From positions 6,235-38,234 of the forward strand of contig JACPWU010000004.1 in NCBI GenBank assembly GCA_016196885.1: a stretch of 32,000 nt of DNA. Direction: 5' to 3'. The DNA comes from Chlamydiota bacterium. Its GTDB lineage: Bacteria; Auribacterota; JACPWU01. Below the pieces are notes generated by a model that was not told the DNA's origin, ran no database searches, and saw only the letters and a list, made by a program, of their open reading frames with translations. This document shows, in pieces, positions 14,806 through 23,445 of this stretch. The first letter of the stretch is position 1; every line of letters begins with the position of its first letter. The position numbers and the translations under genes were made by a program.

Positions 14806-16431
14806 ATGAAATCGTTCATGCACAAATATGTCTTTTCCACTGATCATAAAATGATCGGTTTGCAATTTCTTTTTACCGCCTTTCTTTTCATGCTGTTTGG
14901 AGGCCTTTTGGCCATGGCCATCCGATGGCAATTGGCTTGGCCTGGGACAAAATTGCCTGTTCTGGGGGTGATCATGCCTGAAACCTACAATGTTATTTTT
15001 ACCATGCACGGCACCTTTATGATTTTCTTTGTGGTCATTGCCATCATGGTGGGTGCCTTTGCGAATTTCACGGTCCCTCTTTTAATTGGTGCGCATGACA
15101 TGGCTTTCCCAAAAATCAACATGGCCTCTTATTGGCTTTTCTTCATCTCTTGTGTGATTATGTTGGCCAGTTTTTTTGCTCCAGGAGGCGCTGCGGCGAC
15201 AGGTTGGACGGCTTATGCCCCTGTGAGTGTGAAGGCTCCGATGGGACAGTCCTTATGGTTGATCAGCCTGATTGTTCTGGGCGTTTCATCCATTTTAGGT
15301 TCGTTAAATTATTTGACCACGATTGTGAATTTACGTGCACCGGGCATGCATTTTTTTAGAATGCCCATGACGGTTTGGGCCATTTTCATCACGGCGATTC
15401 TGGTTCTTCTCGCAACGCCTGTTTTAACAGCGGCTTTGGCCATGCTTCTTTTGGACAGAGTCTTGGACACTACCTTTTTCTTGGCCGGAACTGGACAACC
15501 CGTTCTTTGGCAACATGTGTTTTGGTTTTATTCTCACCCGGCTGTTTATATTATGATTTTGCCGGCCATGGGAATTGCTTCTGATGTTCTCTCTGTTTTC
15601 TCACGCAAACCTCTTTTTGGATATCATGCCATGGTTTATGCGCTGAGTGCGATTGCAGGATTGGGCTTTATTGTCTGGGCACATCACATGTTCGCAACGG
15701 GGTTGAATCCAACTTTGGGAACTACCTTCATGGTGGCGACCATGTTTATTGCAGTTCCCACGGGCGTGAAGATTTTTAACTGGTTGGGGACGCTTTGGGG
15801 AGGTTCCATCCATTTTTCATCTGCTATGCTGAATGCGATTGCTTTTGTGTCCATGTTTGTCATTGGCGGTTTGAGCGGGGTTTTTTTGGCCGCTGCTTCT
15901 CTCGATATTTATTTGCATGATACTTATTTTGTGGTCGCGCACATCCATTATGTTCTTTTTGGCGGCAGTCTTTTTGGTATTTTTGCGGGGATTTATTATT
16001 GGTATCCCAAAATGTTTGGCCGCATGATGAATGAAAAATTAGGCAAGATCCATTTCTGGCTCACGTTTGTTTTTTACAATCTAACCTTTTTCCCCATGCA
16101 TATCATCGGGATTCATGGGATGCCGCGGCGATTCTACGATTACAAACAATATGAATTTTTAAGAGGCTTGGAACCCTTGCAGCTTCTGATCTCCATCAGT
16201 GCCTTTGCCCTTTTTATTTGTCAGCTTCCGTTTGTGTATAATTTCTTTGTGAATCTTTTTGTTGGGAAAAAAGCGCCCAACAATCCTTGGCAGGCCAATA
16301 CGCTTGAGTGGACGATTCCCTCGCCCGCGCCTCATTTGAATTACGCTAAAGTCCCCATCGTATATCGCTGGCCTTATGAATACAGCTTGCCCCATGCCAA
16401 AGAGGATTGGCTGGCGCAGGATCAACCGTGA
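14806..16431 (+). CDS. ctaD: Cytochrome c oxidase subunit I (heme-copper oxidase, A-type)
   Basis: The 541-aa polytopic protein carries WFYSHPAVYIMILP, WAHHMFATG and VVAHIHYVLFGG, which are the heme a/a3-CuB ligands. Confidence 0.95.
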   Translation: MKSFMHKYVFSTDHKMIGLQFLFTAFLFMLFGGLLAMAIRWQLAWPGTKLPVLGVIMPETYNVIFTMHGTFMIFFVVIAIMVGAFANFTVPLLIGAHDMAFPKINMASYWLFFISCVIMLASFFAPGGAAATGWTAYAPVSVKAPMGQSLWLISLIVLGVSSILGSLNYLTTIVNLRAPGMHFFRMPMTVWAIFITAILVLLATPVLTAALAMLLLDRVLDTTFFLAGTGQPVLWQHVFWFYSHPAVYIMILPAMGIASDVLSVFSRKPLFGYHAMVYALSAIAGLGFIVWAHHMFATGLNPTLGTTFMVATMFIAVPTGVKIFNWLGTLWGGSIHFSSAMLNAIAFVSMFVIGGLSGVFLAAASLDIYLHDTYFVVAHIHYVLFGGSLFGIFAGIYYWYPKMFGRMMNEKLGKIHFWLTFVFYNLTFFPMHIIGIHGMPRRFYDYKQYEFLRGLEPLQLLISISAFALFICQLPFVYNFFVNLFVGKKAPNNPWQANTLEWTIPSPAPHLNYAKVPIVYRWPYEYSLPHAKEDWLAQDQP

Positions 16432-16443
16432 AAATACTATCAA

Positions 16444-16519
16444 CAGTCCACGGTCCATCGTCCATAGAGATAAATGATTCCTTTAAAACTGTGGACCATG
16501 GACTGTGGACCATGGACTG
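16444..16519. repeat. Inverted repeat built from tandem GTCCA(T/C)G units
   Basis: The left arm is cagtccacggtccatcgtccat (16444-16465). The right arm is ctgtggaccatggactgtggaccatggactg (16489-16519). The loop is about 23 nt. It lies between ctaD and the ctaA/ctaB fusion. Confidence 0.7.
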
Positions 16520-16533
16520 GTTGTAGGTTTTGA

Positions 16534-18480
16534 ATGGACGACACAAATCTTAAAATCTTTTCTTTGGTGGGGCTTCATCGCTTCCTCAAATTTACAGCCG
16601 TTGCGACCTTTTTTCTTTTATGTGCAGGGGCCTTGGTGACGAGTACGGGATCGGGCCTGGCAGTGCCGGACTGGCCGCTTTCCTACGGGCAGTTTTTTCC
16701 GCCCATGATCGGCGGGATTCTCTACGAGCATGGCCACCGCATGATTGCAGGGTGTGTGGGGATTCTCGCCTTTGTTCAAGCGGTCTTGCTTTTTTTGAAG
16801 GAGCCCAGGCGATGGGTGAGGGTCGTGGGGATGGTCGCCTTTCTTGTGATTGTTCTTCAAGCGGTATTGGGCGGCATGACGGTTCTTTTCCTTTTGCCTC
16901 ATGCTGTTTCAATCAGCCACGCCGGCTTGGCCGAAATCTTTTTTTCTCTCATGGTGAGTTTGGCTCTTTTCACCTCGCCCCGTTGGAAGAGTTCCGTGGA
17001 ATCTGGCCCGAGTGTAGGAGAGGCTTTTTCGAATGAACTTTCTCTCAAACAAGGGAAGGTTCGTCTCCGGTTTTTAAGTACTGCGGTCACGCTTTTGATT
17101 TACGTTCAAATTCTTTTGGGTGCTTTTTTTCGCCATACGGGTTCTGGGATTTTGGCTCATATTTTGGGTGCAAGTGTTGTCACACTTGGAATCGGTTGGT
17201 TGGTTTCTCATGTCTTAAAAAAGTATTTTTATGAGCGCCACCTTTTGAAGTTGGCGTTGACTCTGATGTTTCTTTTAATTTTGCAATTGCCTTTGGGGGT
17301 GGCTTCTTACTGGATCAAAATGGCGACTCTCGATTTGGATCAACCGCATCCTTTGAAGGTAATTTTGACTGCCGTACATTTAGCCTTGGGCGCTTTGATG
17401 TTGGCGACCTCTCTAGTTTTGACATTGTGGGCTTTTGCGAAGGATTATTCGGTGTCGGGTCCTGTCCCTCCTCACCCCCATCGACGGCATCAGTCTCGTC
17501 ATGGTTTTTTTCAAGGAATGTCCAGGATTTTGTCTCGACTTGCTGGCGTTCGATGGGGGGCCCCCAGTCGGGCCACCCGACATGAGCGTCCTTTCAAAAA
17601 AATCTCCAATTATTTTGAAATGACCAAACCTAGAATTGTCATGATGGTTCTAGTGACAACCGCCATGGGCTTTTGTCTGGGCAGTTGGGGAGCCTTTAAT
17701 TTTGCCCTTCTTTTTCAGACCCTTTTGGGAACAGCTCTGGTGGGTGGGGGGGCTTGTGTACTCAATGAATACATTGAAATAGATGCAGATGGATTAATGA
17801 AAAGAACCTGCTCCAGACCGCTTCCTGCAGGTAAAATTGAACCCCCCAAGGCACTTCTCTTTGGAATCATGCTTTCAATTTTAGGAATTTTGCATTTGGT
17901 TTTTTGGGTGAATCTCTTGACCGGAATGTTGGCTTCTTTGACCTTGGTCAGTTATATTTTTATTTATACTCCTTTGAAGAAAAAAACCACTCTTTGTACG
18001 TTGATGGGGGCCATTCCCGGTGCTATTCCTCCCGCGATGGGTTGGGCAGCTGCCAGAGATCATTTAGGGGGTGGGGCATGGATTCTTTTTGGTATTTTAT
18101 ATATGTGGCAGCTGCCTCATTTTTTGAGTTTGGCAGGAATTTACAGAGAAGATTATCAAAGAGGAGGTTTCCAAATGTTACCCGTTTTGGATAAGGATGG
18201 GAGATTGACGGGACGTCAGATCTTACTTTATACTGTCGCTTTAATGTGCGTGAGTCTGGTTCCCACGTTGCAAGGGTTAACGGGCGCAGTCTATTTTTTT
18301 GGAGCCTTAGCGTTAGGTTTTATTTTTTTGGGAGTTGGGGTGCGTTCTCTTTTCCCAGCTCGCAGGAGTGGGAAAGAAGATTCAGCGGTCCAATTGCTTG
18401 CGGTTTATCGGAAACTTTTCCGTGTGTCTATTTTGTACTTACCACTTTTGTTGGTTTTGATGTGGGTGGATAAAATTTAG
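16534..18480 (+). CDS. ctaA-ctaB: Fused heme A synthase (CtaA/COX15, N-terminal) and protoheme IX farnesyltransferase (CtaB/CyoE, C-terminal)
   Basis: The N-terminal half has LAVPDWPLSYGQ, YEHGHRMIAG and AVSISHAGLAE (COX15 pattern). A basic His/Arg-rich linker (PHPHRRHQSRHG...) follows. The C-terminal half has YFEMTKPRIVMMVL, NEYIEIDADGLMKRTCSRPLPAG and WQLPHF (UbiA-type heme O synthase). Confidence 0.85.
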   Translation: MDDTNLKIFSLVGLHRFLKFTAVATFFLLCAGALVTSTGSGLAVPDWPLSYGQFFPPMIGGILYEHGHRMIAGCVGILAFVQAVLLFLKEPRRWVRVVGMVAFLVIVLQAVLGGMTVLFLLPHAVSISHAGLAEIFFSLMVSLALFTSPRWKSSVESGPSVGEAFSNELSLKQGKVRLRFLSTAVTLLIYVQILLGAFFRHTGSGILAHILGASVVTLGIGWLVSHVLKKYFYERHLLKLALTLMFLLILQLPLGVASYWIKMATLDLDQPHPLKVILTAVHLALGALMLATSLVLTLWAFAKDYSVSGPVPPHPHRRHQSRHGFFQGMSRILSRLAGVRWGAPSRATRHERPFKKISNYFEMTKPRIVMMVLVTTAMGFCLGSWGAFNFALLFQTLLGTALVGGGACVLNEYIEIDADGLMKRTCSRPLPAGKIEPPKALLFGIMLSILGILHLVFWVNLLTGMLASLTLVSYIFIYTPLKKKTTLCTLMGAIPGAIPPAMGWAAARDHLGGGAWILFGILYMWQLPHFLSLAGIYREDYQRGGFQMLPVLDKDGRLTGRQILLYTVALMCVSLVPTLQGLTGAVYFFGALALGFIFLGVGVRSLFPARRSGKEDSAVQLLAVYRKLFRVSILYLPLLLVLMWVDKI

Positions 18481-18488
18481 GAGATACT

Positions 18489-19088
18489 ATGAGTCATGCG
18501 GCAACAGCGAGTGATGTAAAGGGTTTGAGCCATCCCCTGGGGGTCAACAATGCGAAATTGTGCATGTGGCTTTTTTTGTGTTCAGAGGTGATGTTTTTCG
18601 CAGGATTGATCGGATCTTACATCGTGCTTCGGCTGGGAAGTTTGACTTGGCCGACCCCGGGCGAGATTCTCAACATCCCTCTGACAGGGGTCAATACGTT
18701 TATCTTGATTTGCAGCAGTGTCACCATGGTAAAGGCCTTCGCCTGGGCGCACATGGGAAATCAAACCAAGATCAAAAGGCACCTTTTTCTAACCTTTCTT
18801 TTTGGCGTGATCTTTCTTTCGATCCAGGCCATCGAATATTACAAGTTGTATCATCATCATGGGTTACATCCTTCGGGCAATCTTTATGGGACCTGTTTTT
18901 ATATCCTTACAGGCTTTCATGGCTGCCACGTTTTGGGAGGGGTGATTGCAGTCTTTGTTCTTTGGATCCGGTCTTTGTTGGGACATTTTACAAAGGGGCG
19001 TCATGCCCCGGTTGAATTGGTGGGGCTTTATTGGCATTTTGTGGATTTGGTGTGGATTATTTTATTTACGATTGTTTATTTGATATAA
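18489..19088 (+). CDS. ctaE: Cytochrome c oxidase subunit III
   Basis: The 199-aa five-TM protein carries FFAGLIGSY, GFHGCHVLGGV and YWHFVDLVWI. Confidence 0.9.
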   Translation: MSHAATASDVKGLSHPLGVNNAKLCMWLFLCSEVMFFAGLIGSYIVLRLGSLTWPTPGEILNIPLTGVNTFILICSSVTMVKAFAWAHMGNQTKIKRHLFLTFLFGVIFLSIQAIEYYKLYHHHGLHPSGNLYGTCFYILTGFHGCHVLGGVIAVFVLWIRSLLGHFTKGRHAPVELVGLYWHFVDLVWIILFTIVYLI

Positions 19089-19104
19089 TCTCTTCGGGAG
19101 ATTC

Positions 19105-19392
19105 ATGATGGACCAGGAAAAAGTTGAAAATTTCACGCATCCCAATTATGTTGCAGTTTGGATATGGCTTTTGGTTTTAACGGTGTTGGAGGTCTGTGCC
19201 CTTTATTTGCCTTGCGCCAAGGTTGTAAAAATTTCCGCATTGGTATTTTTGGCCATTACGAAGGCTCTTCTTGTGGCCATGTATTTTATGCATCTTAAAT
19301 TTGAGCGCTTGGTTCTGATCGCAGTGATTGTTTATCCTGTGGTTTTATCGTTGGTGTTGACCCTTCTCACGCGTCTAAGTCTTAAGATCTAA
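19105..19392 (+). CDS. ctaF: Cytochrome c oxidase subunit IV (prokaryotic COX4_pro family)
   Basis: The 95-aa three-TM protein has a KALLVAMYFMHLKFE motif. It sits immediately after subunit III. Confidence 0.75.
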   Translation: MMDQEKVENFTHPNYVAVWIWLLVLTVLEVCALYLPCAKVVKISALVFLAITKALLVAMYFMHLKFERLVLIAVIVYPVVLSLVLTLLTRLSLKI

Positions 19393-19411
19393 CGCTATTT
19401 CGGGCAATCCC

Positions 19412-20053
19412 TTGACTTTGGATTCCAAAATCTTTCAGAGACTTTTGTGGGGCCTCCTCGTTTTTGTGATGTCGGGGGTTTTCGGTGCTTTTGTTTGGTC
19501 GAAATGGCAAAGTGTCTCCCCGCCTCTTCCTATTTATGGAACGCTTCCTGATGTTGAATTGACAGAAAGAAATGGAAAAACTTTTCTCCTCTCAGATTTG
19601 AATGGGAAAATCTGGATTGCCAATTTCATTTTTACGCATTGTGGGGGACAATGTCCCCTCATGAGCTCAGAAATGAAGAGGATGCGAGGTGAGTTGTCTC
19701 CCAGCGATGATTTGAGATGGGTGTCTTTTACGGTGGATCCCCAAAGGGATACGCCAGAAGTTTTATCCAGTTACGCTCAAGGTTTAGGGGCCGGGGATGA
19801 CTGGTTATTTCTTACGGGAGATCAGGATAAAATTTTTAATTTGGCAAGAAAGGGATTTTACCTAGGCGTGGAGGAAGGCGGGACAAAAGTGGAACCCATC
19901 ATGCACAGCAACCGCTTTGTCTTGGTGGACCGCCAGGGCCATATTCGGGGGAGTTACAGTGTTTTGGGAGATTTTTCGGGATCGGGTTCTGTGGATTTAT
20001 CAGCTCTGGCCCAATTGAAAAAAGATGTGATGAATTTATTGAGGGAAAAATGA
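19412..20053 (+). CDS. SCO1/SenC family copper chaperone (thioredoxin fold)
   Basis: It has an N-terminal TM anchor, a CxxxC motif (FTHCGGQCPLM) and a distal His (PIMHSNRFVLVD). It uses a TTG start. Confidence 0.8.
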   Translation: MTLDSKIFQRLLWGLLVFVMSGVFGAFVWSKWQSVSPPLPIYGTLPDVELTERNGKTFLLSDLNGKIWIANFIFTHCGGQCPLMSSEMKRMRGELSPSDDLRWVSFTVDPQRDTPEVLSSYAQGLGAGDDWLFLTGDQDKIFNLARKGFYLGVEEGGTKVEPIMHSNRFVLVDRQGHIRGSYSVLGDFSGSGSVDLSALAQLKKDVMNLLREK

Positions 20054-20466
20054 GTTTCATCCCTCTTTCCATTTTCCCAAAGTTAAATGCTTCTTTAAAT
20101 GCGACTTCGGCGTGTTTTCTCCTGGCGGGATATATTCTGATCCGCAAAAAGAAAATTTCGGCCCATCGTTTTTGCATGCTGGGCGCTTTAATCGTTTCTT
20201 TCGTCTTCCTCATTTGTTATCTTTATTACCATGCGCATCATGGCGTGACCCGGTTTCAAGGTCAGGGATGGCTTCGACCTTGTTATTTTTCGATTCTCAT
20301 TTCGCATACGGTTTTGGCGGTGCTTGTTTTCCCTATGGCGCTTGTGACGGTCTATCGGGCCTTTAGGGAGGATTGGAGTCGCCATAAGCGGTTGGCCCGC
20401 TGGACGTTCCCGATATGGCTTTATGTGTCTATCACAGGTGTGATCGTTTATGCGATGCTTTATTAA
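20050..20466 (+). CDS. DUF420 family membrane protein (CtaM-like, oxidase-associated)
   Basis: The 138-aa four-TM protein carries LNASLNATSACFLLAGYILIRKKKISAHR. It overlaps the SCO gene by 4 nt (ATGA), at the usual position at the end of cta operons. Confidence 0.7.
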   Translation: MSFIPLSIFPKLNASLNATSACFLLAGYILIRKKKISAHRFCMLGALIVSFVFLICYLYYHAHHGVTRFQGQGWLRPCYFSILISHTVLAVLVFPMALVTVYRAFREDWSRHKRLARWTFPIWLYVSITGVIVYAMLY

Positions 20467-20469
20467 CCC

Positions 20470-20567
20470 CTCCATCTCCCCTTAAATTAAGGGGAGGGTA
20501 AAAACATTCCCTTGAGTAAGGGAAACTCCCCTCTTATTTAAGAGGGGTAGGGGGAGTTAGCTTTTTT
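20470..20567. repeat. Cluster of three C-tract/G-tract hairpins (same family as 13125-13166)
   Basis: The three hairpins are ctcccctta-aat-taaggggag (20476-20496), ttccctt-gag-taagggaa (20508-20524) and cccctctta-ttt-aagagggg (20528-20547), followed by tagggggagttagc. The segment ctcccctcttat..taagagggg..ggggagtta is shared with 13125-13166 and, inverted, with 12797-12808. Confidence 0.7.
20524..20567 (+). terminator. Probable intrinsic terminator of the oxidase operon
   Basis: A GC-rich stem (aactcccctctta / taagagggg..ggggagtt) is followed by a TTTTTT run (20562-20567) directly after the last operon gene. Confidence 0.45.
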
Positions 20568-20574
20568 AACAACA

Positions 20575-20603
20575 TTGACCTTCGACAGGTATTTTTCTAA
20601 TAT
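20575..20603 (+). promoter_or_regulatory. Candidate promoter giving a leaderless or near-leaderless transcript
   Basis: TTGACC (20575-20580), a 17-nt spacer, then TAATAT (20598-20603). The ATG at 20610 lies only 6 nt downstream and has no SD. Confidence 0.4.
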
Positions 20604-20609
20604 GAACTC

Positions 20610-20855
20610 ATGAAGTATTTACGCAATATTATTTTCATCGTGACTTTTTCCCTGCTTGAAAAAAGCTTTGCCTGGTCTTGTCCTAACTGTAAAGATTTTT
20701 TAGCAACCGAGAGTGCCAGCGCTTTGGCTCGGGGATATTATTGGAGTATTTTGATGATGGTGTCTCTTCCTTTTGTGCTCGTGGGAATGATTTCCTTTTT
20801 GATTTTTTTGAATGTTCGTTCAAAGAGAAAACTTAGCACGGAAGATCCTCTCTAA
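20610..20855 (+). CDS. Small membrane protein with signal/anchor, CPxC motif and one C-terminal TM helix (unknown function)
   Basis: The sequence is MKYLRNIIFIVTFSLLEKSFAWSCPNCKDF...YYWSILMMVSLPFVLVGMISFLIFLNV. The coding call rests on the ORF, the promoter geometry and its membrane-like composition only. Confidence 0.4.
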   Translation: MKYLRNIIFIVTFSLLEKSFAWSCPNCKDFLATESASALARGYYWSILMMVSLPFVLVGMISFLIFLNVRSKRKLSTEDPL

Positions 20856-22134
20856 ACATTTGAAAAAGAAAATATTCAATTCCTTCTCTTCTTCTAGAAA
20901 TCCCTGGTTCTTCGTTCCTTCTCTTTATTTTGCTGAGGGGCTTCCCTATGTCTTGGTCAATACGGTCTCGGTGATTCTCTACAAACGTTTGGGGATTGCG
21001 AATGCGAAAATCGCCTTTTGGACAGAGCTCGTTGCCTTTGTGTGGGTTTTTAAGATGTGTTGGGGTCCTCTCGTAGATACACATTCGACCCAAAGAAATT
21101 GGATTGTCGGCACCCAGGGCGTTTTATTCATTTTTATTTTGTTCATTGCTTTTTCACTGAGTCTGACATCTTTCTTTTTATTTTCACTTTTGGCCTTGAG
21201 CGGTGTTGCGTTTTTTTCAGCCACGCATGATATTGCGGTGGATGGCTTTTACTTGCTATCTCTTTCGAAAGAAGAACAGTCCTTTTATGTGGGGATTCGA
21301 TCACTCTTTTATCGAATTGCCATGATCTTTGGTTCTGGAGCGCTGGTGTATACAGCCGGCTCTCTAGAAGCCTCTCTTGGAAATGTGACATTAAGCTGGA
21401 CGGTGGTGTTGATTCTTGCCTCTCTTTTCATGGGTCTTCTTTCCCTCTATCATCGCTGGGTTCTCCCTTTCCCCGATCAAGATGCAATGACGCCTGTCAG
21501 GAGTACTTTTCAAGGGCATCCATTTTTAGAAATTATTTTCTCCTATTTTCGCCAAAAAAAGATAGGGGGGGTGCTCTTGTTTATCCTTCTGTATCGTTTT
21601 GGGGAGGCCATGCTGGTCAAAATGGTTGCGCCCTTTCTGTTGGACAAAAGAGAAATGGGAGGGATGGCTTTAACAACAGCTCAAGTGGGATTGATTTATG
21701 GAACCTTGGGCGTTTTGGGGTTGATTGCAGGTGGGATTCTGGGAGGGATTCTGATTTCAAAGCTGGGTCTTAAAATTTGTATTTGGCCGATGGCCCTGGC
21801 CTTGAATCTGCCAGACCTTCTCTATGTTTATTTGGCATATGTGCATCCCCCTCTTTACTGCGTGGGTTCTTTTATTGTGTTAGAGCAGTTTGGATATGGA
21901 ATCGGTTTCACTGCATTTACTGTTTTTTTAATGCAGGTTTCCAAAGGAAGGTATCCCACATCTCATTTTGCCATTTCAACAGGGATCATGGCTTTAGGAA
22001 TGAGAATCCCTGGGATGGTGAGCGGATATCTGCAACAGGTCTTAGGCTATCCTTTATTTTTCATTGCCGTGTGTTTTGTCACTTTGCCTGGGATGCTGTT
22101 GATTCCTTTTCTTCCACTCGAGGATGGGAAATGA
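20812..22134 (+). CDS. ampG: MFS transporter, AmpG-like (muropeptide permease family)
   Basis: GLPYVLVNTVSVILYKRLGIANAKIAFWTELVAFVWVFKMCWGPLVDT matches the AmpG N-terminal signature (KxxWxPxxD), and there are about 12 TM segments. The ATG at 20812 overlaps the small ORF by 44 nt. An in-frame TTG at 20860 is an alternative start. Confidence 0.7.
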   Translation: MFVQRENLARKILSKHLKKKIFNSFSSSRNPWFFVPSLYFAEGLPYVLVNTVSVILYKRLGIANAKIAFWTELVAFVWVFKMCWGPLVDTHSTQRNWIVGTQGVLFIFILFIAFSLSLTSFFLFSLLALSGVAFFSATHDIAVDGFYLLSLSKEEQSFYVGIRSLFYRIAMIFGSGALVYTAGSLEASLGNVTLSWTVVLILASLFMGLLSLYHRWVLPFPDQDAMTPVRSTFQGHPFLEIIFSYFRQKKIGGVLLFILLYRFGEAMLVKMVAPFLLDKREMGGMALTTAQVGLIYGTLGVLGLIAGGILGGILISKLGLKICIWPMALALNLPDLLYVYLAYVHPPLYCVGSFIVLEQFGYGIGFTAFTVFLMQVSKGRYPTSHFAISTGIMALGMRIPGMVSGYLQQVLGYPLFFIAVCFVTLPGMLLIPFLPLEDGK

Positions 22135-22142
22135 GCAAAGGT

Positions 22143-22877
22143 TTATCTAGAAGAAAACGAACTGATTTTCACTTCTCCCATCAAGAAAGCCCCATCTTCT
22201 AAAATCAAATGCCTCGTTTCAAGGGATCCGAGAAAAACGGCCTTGCTTTTTAATTCTACCGTTTGAGAGGTCTGGATTTTTCCATGGAATTGTCCCGCCA
22301 GGGTGATTCTCTCGACTTTAAATCCTTTTTTAAGATGACATTGGACATGGGATTCTAGAATCAAATGAGGGGCTTGGAGGCCTCCTTCGAAAATGGCCCC
22401 TGCCTTGAGGGTGATCCTCTCTTGCGCGGTGAGTTTCCCAATAAATTTTCCTGCAATGTTAGCCTCTTTGACCTTGGCGGTTGAATTGAGAACTGTGGTA
22501 TTCGTCGGAACGTCGAGCGATCCATGGGTTTCAAGGTCTCGACTGAGCATATCTTTGACATGATAATCTTGAAGGTCATTTCTGTAACCGCATTTCTTGC
22601 ACATGACAGACTGGGCACCCGGAGAAGTTGCAAGCTCCACCTGACATCTAAAGCACGGGACATTTTTATAGGCGATTTCTTTGGTTTGGGTGAGGGCCCG
22701 AGGGTGTAGCGCTTTTTGAATGTCAATCAAGAGATGACATTTGGAACAGAAAATAGAAAGACCGTCTGGGCGAACCTCCTGCAGGCTTTTACAGTGAGGG
22801 CAAGAAAGGGCAACAGTTCGCCCTGTTGCCTTGCGAGGCTGAGCGAGAGGGGCTGGGTTCTTAGGCATGGTATTCAC
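22143..22877 (-). CDS. Bactofilin-domain protein with N-terminal double zinc ribbon
   Basis: The N-terminus has CPHCKS...CSKCH and CFRCQ...CKKCG. The C-terminus has repetitive beta-helix bactofilin/DUF583-like repeats (AKVKEANIAGKFIGKLTAQERITLKAGAIFEGGLQAPHLILE...). The start is either the GTG at 22877 or the ATG at 22868. Confidence 0.65.
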   Translation of the reverse strand: MNTMPKNPAPLAQPRKATGRTVALSCPHCKSLQEVRPDGLSIFCSKCHLLIDIQKALHPRALTQTKEIAYKNVPCFRCQVELATSPGAQSVMCKKCGYRNDLQDYHVKDMLSRDLETHGSLDVPTNTTVLNSTAKVKEANIAGKFIGKLTAQERITLKAGAIFEGGLQAPHLILESHVQCHLKKGFKVERITLAGQFHGKIQTSQTVELKSKAVFLGSLETRHLILEDGAFLMGEVKISSFSSR

Positions 22878-22880
22878 AGG

Positions 22881-22950
22881 ATAGCGTACAGCGTATAGCG
22901 TTCAGCGTACAGAAAAAAATCCCCTCGTTATAAACGGACCGCTGTACGCT
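22881..22950. repeat. Inverted repeat built from AGCGTAC-type 7-mers between the two bactofilin genes
   Basis: The left arm is atagcgtacagcgtatagcgttcagcgtacag (22881-22912). The right arm is ccgctgtacgct (22939-22950) and overlaps the upstream gene's stop codon. Confidence 0.7.
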
Positions 22951-23344
22951 ACTTTCTTGCCTCAACCAATTCATTGAAAGGGGCCTTGGAAAATTTAGAG
23001 ACCACCTCCGATATTTTTTTACCATCGGGATTAACTTCCGATTTCCCGCAGAAAACGACGCCCTCTTCAATGACAAGCCGAGAGGCTTTGATGTCGCCTA
23101 GAAGCTGGGCTTGTGCCTTTAATTCCACTTTGTCTCGAGCGGTGATATTGCCTTGCACTTTTCCTTCAAGGGTAGCGCTTTGAACGTTAATGTCCCCTTT
23201 CACTTCGCCCGTAGGGCCCAGGACAAAGTGGCCTTCAGAAATCACTTGCCCTTCGATTTTTCCGTCCAGTCTCAAGGTGTTGGTAAATTTTAAAGTTCCT
23301 TTTAATTCTACTTCTGCGTTAAGAATATTTTCTTGATTTGTCAT
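22949..23344 (-). CDS. Bactofilin (polymer-forming cytoskeletal protein)
   Basis: LKGTLKFTNTLRLDGKIEGQVISEGHFVLGPTGEVKGDINVQSATLEGKVQGNITARDKVELKAQAQLLGDIKASRLVIEEGVVFCG is the canonical bactofilin repeat pattern. I chose the ATG at 23344 because of a perfect SD (AAGGAG) 6 nt upstream. Confidence 0.85.
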   Translation of the reverse strand: MTNQENILNAEVELKGTLKFTNTLRLDGKIEGQVISEGHFVLGPTGEVKGDINVQSATLEGKVQGNITARDKVELKAQAQLLGDIKASRLVIEEGVVFCGKSEVNPDGKKISEVVSKFSKAPFNELVEARK

Positions 23345-23445
23345 AAATCGCTCCTTGATTTTGATATTTGATTTAAGCACACCGCTTTGGATTTGTCACG
23401 GGAAAAGGGCCTTTTCGCTTGAATCTGCCGATTCTGATGTGATAG

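Noticed and set aside
17450-17620. Possibility that ctaA and ctaB are separate genes merged by a frameshift error
   Set aside because: As given, the sequence is one uninterrupted frame, with no internal start/SD combination before the CtaB domain. I keep it as a fusion and flag it for read-level verification.
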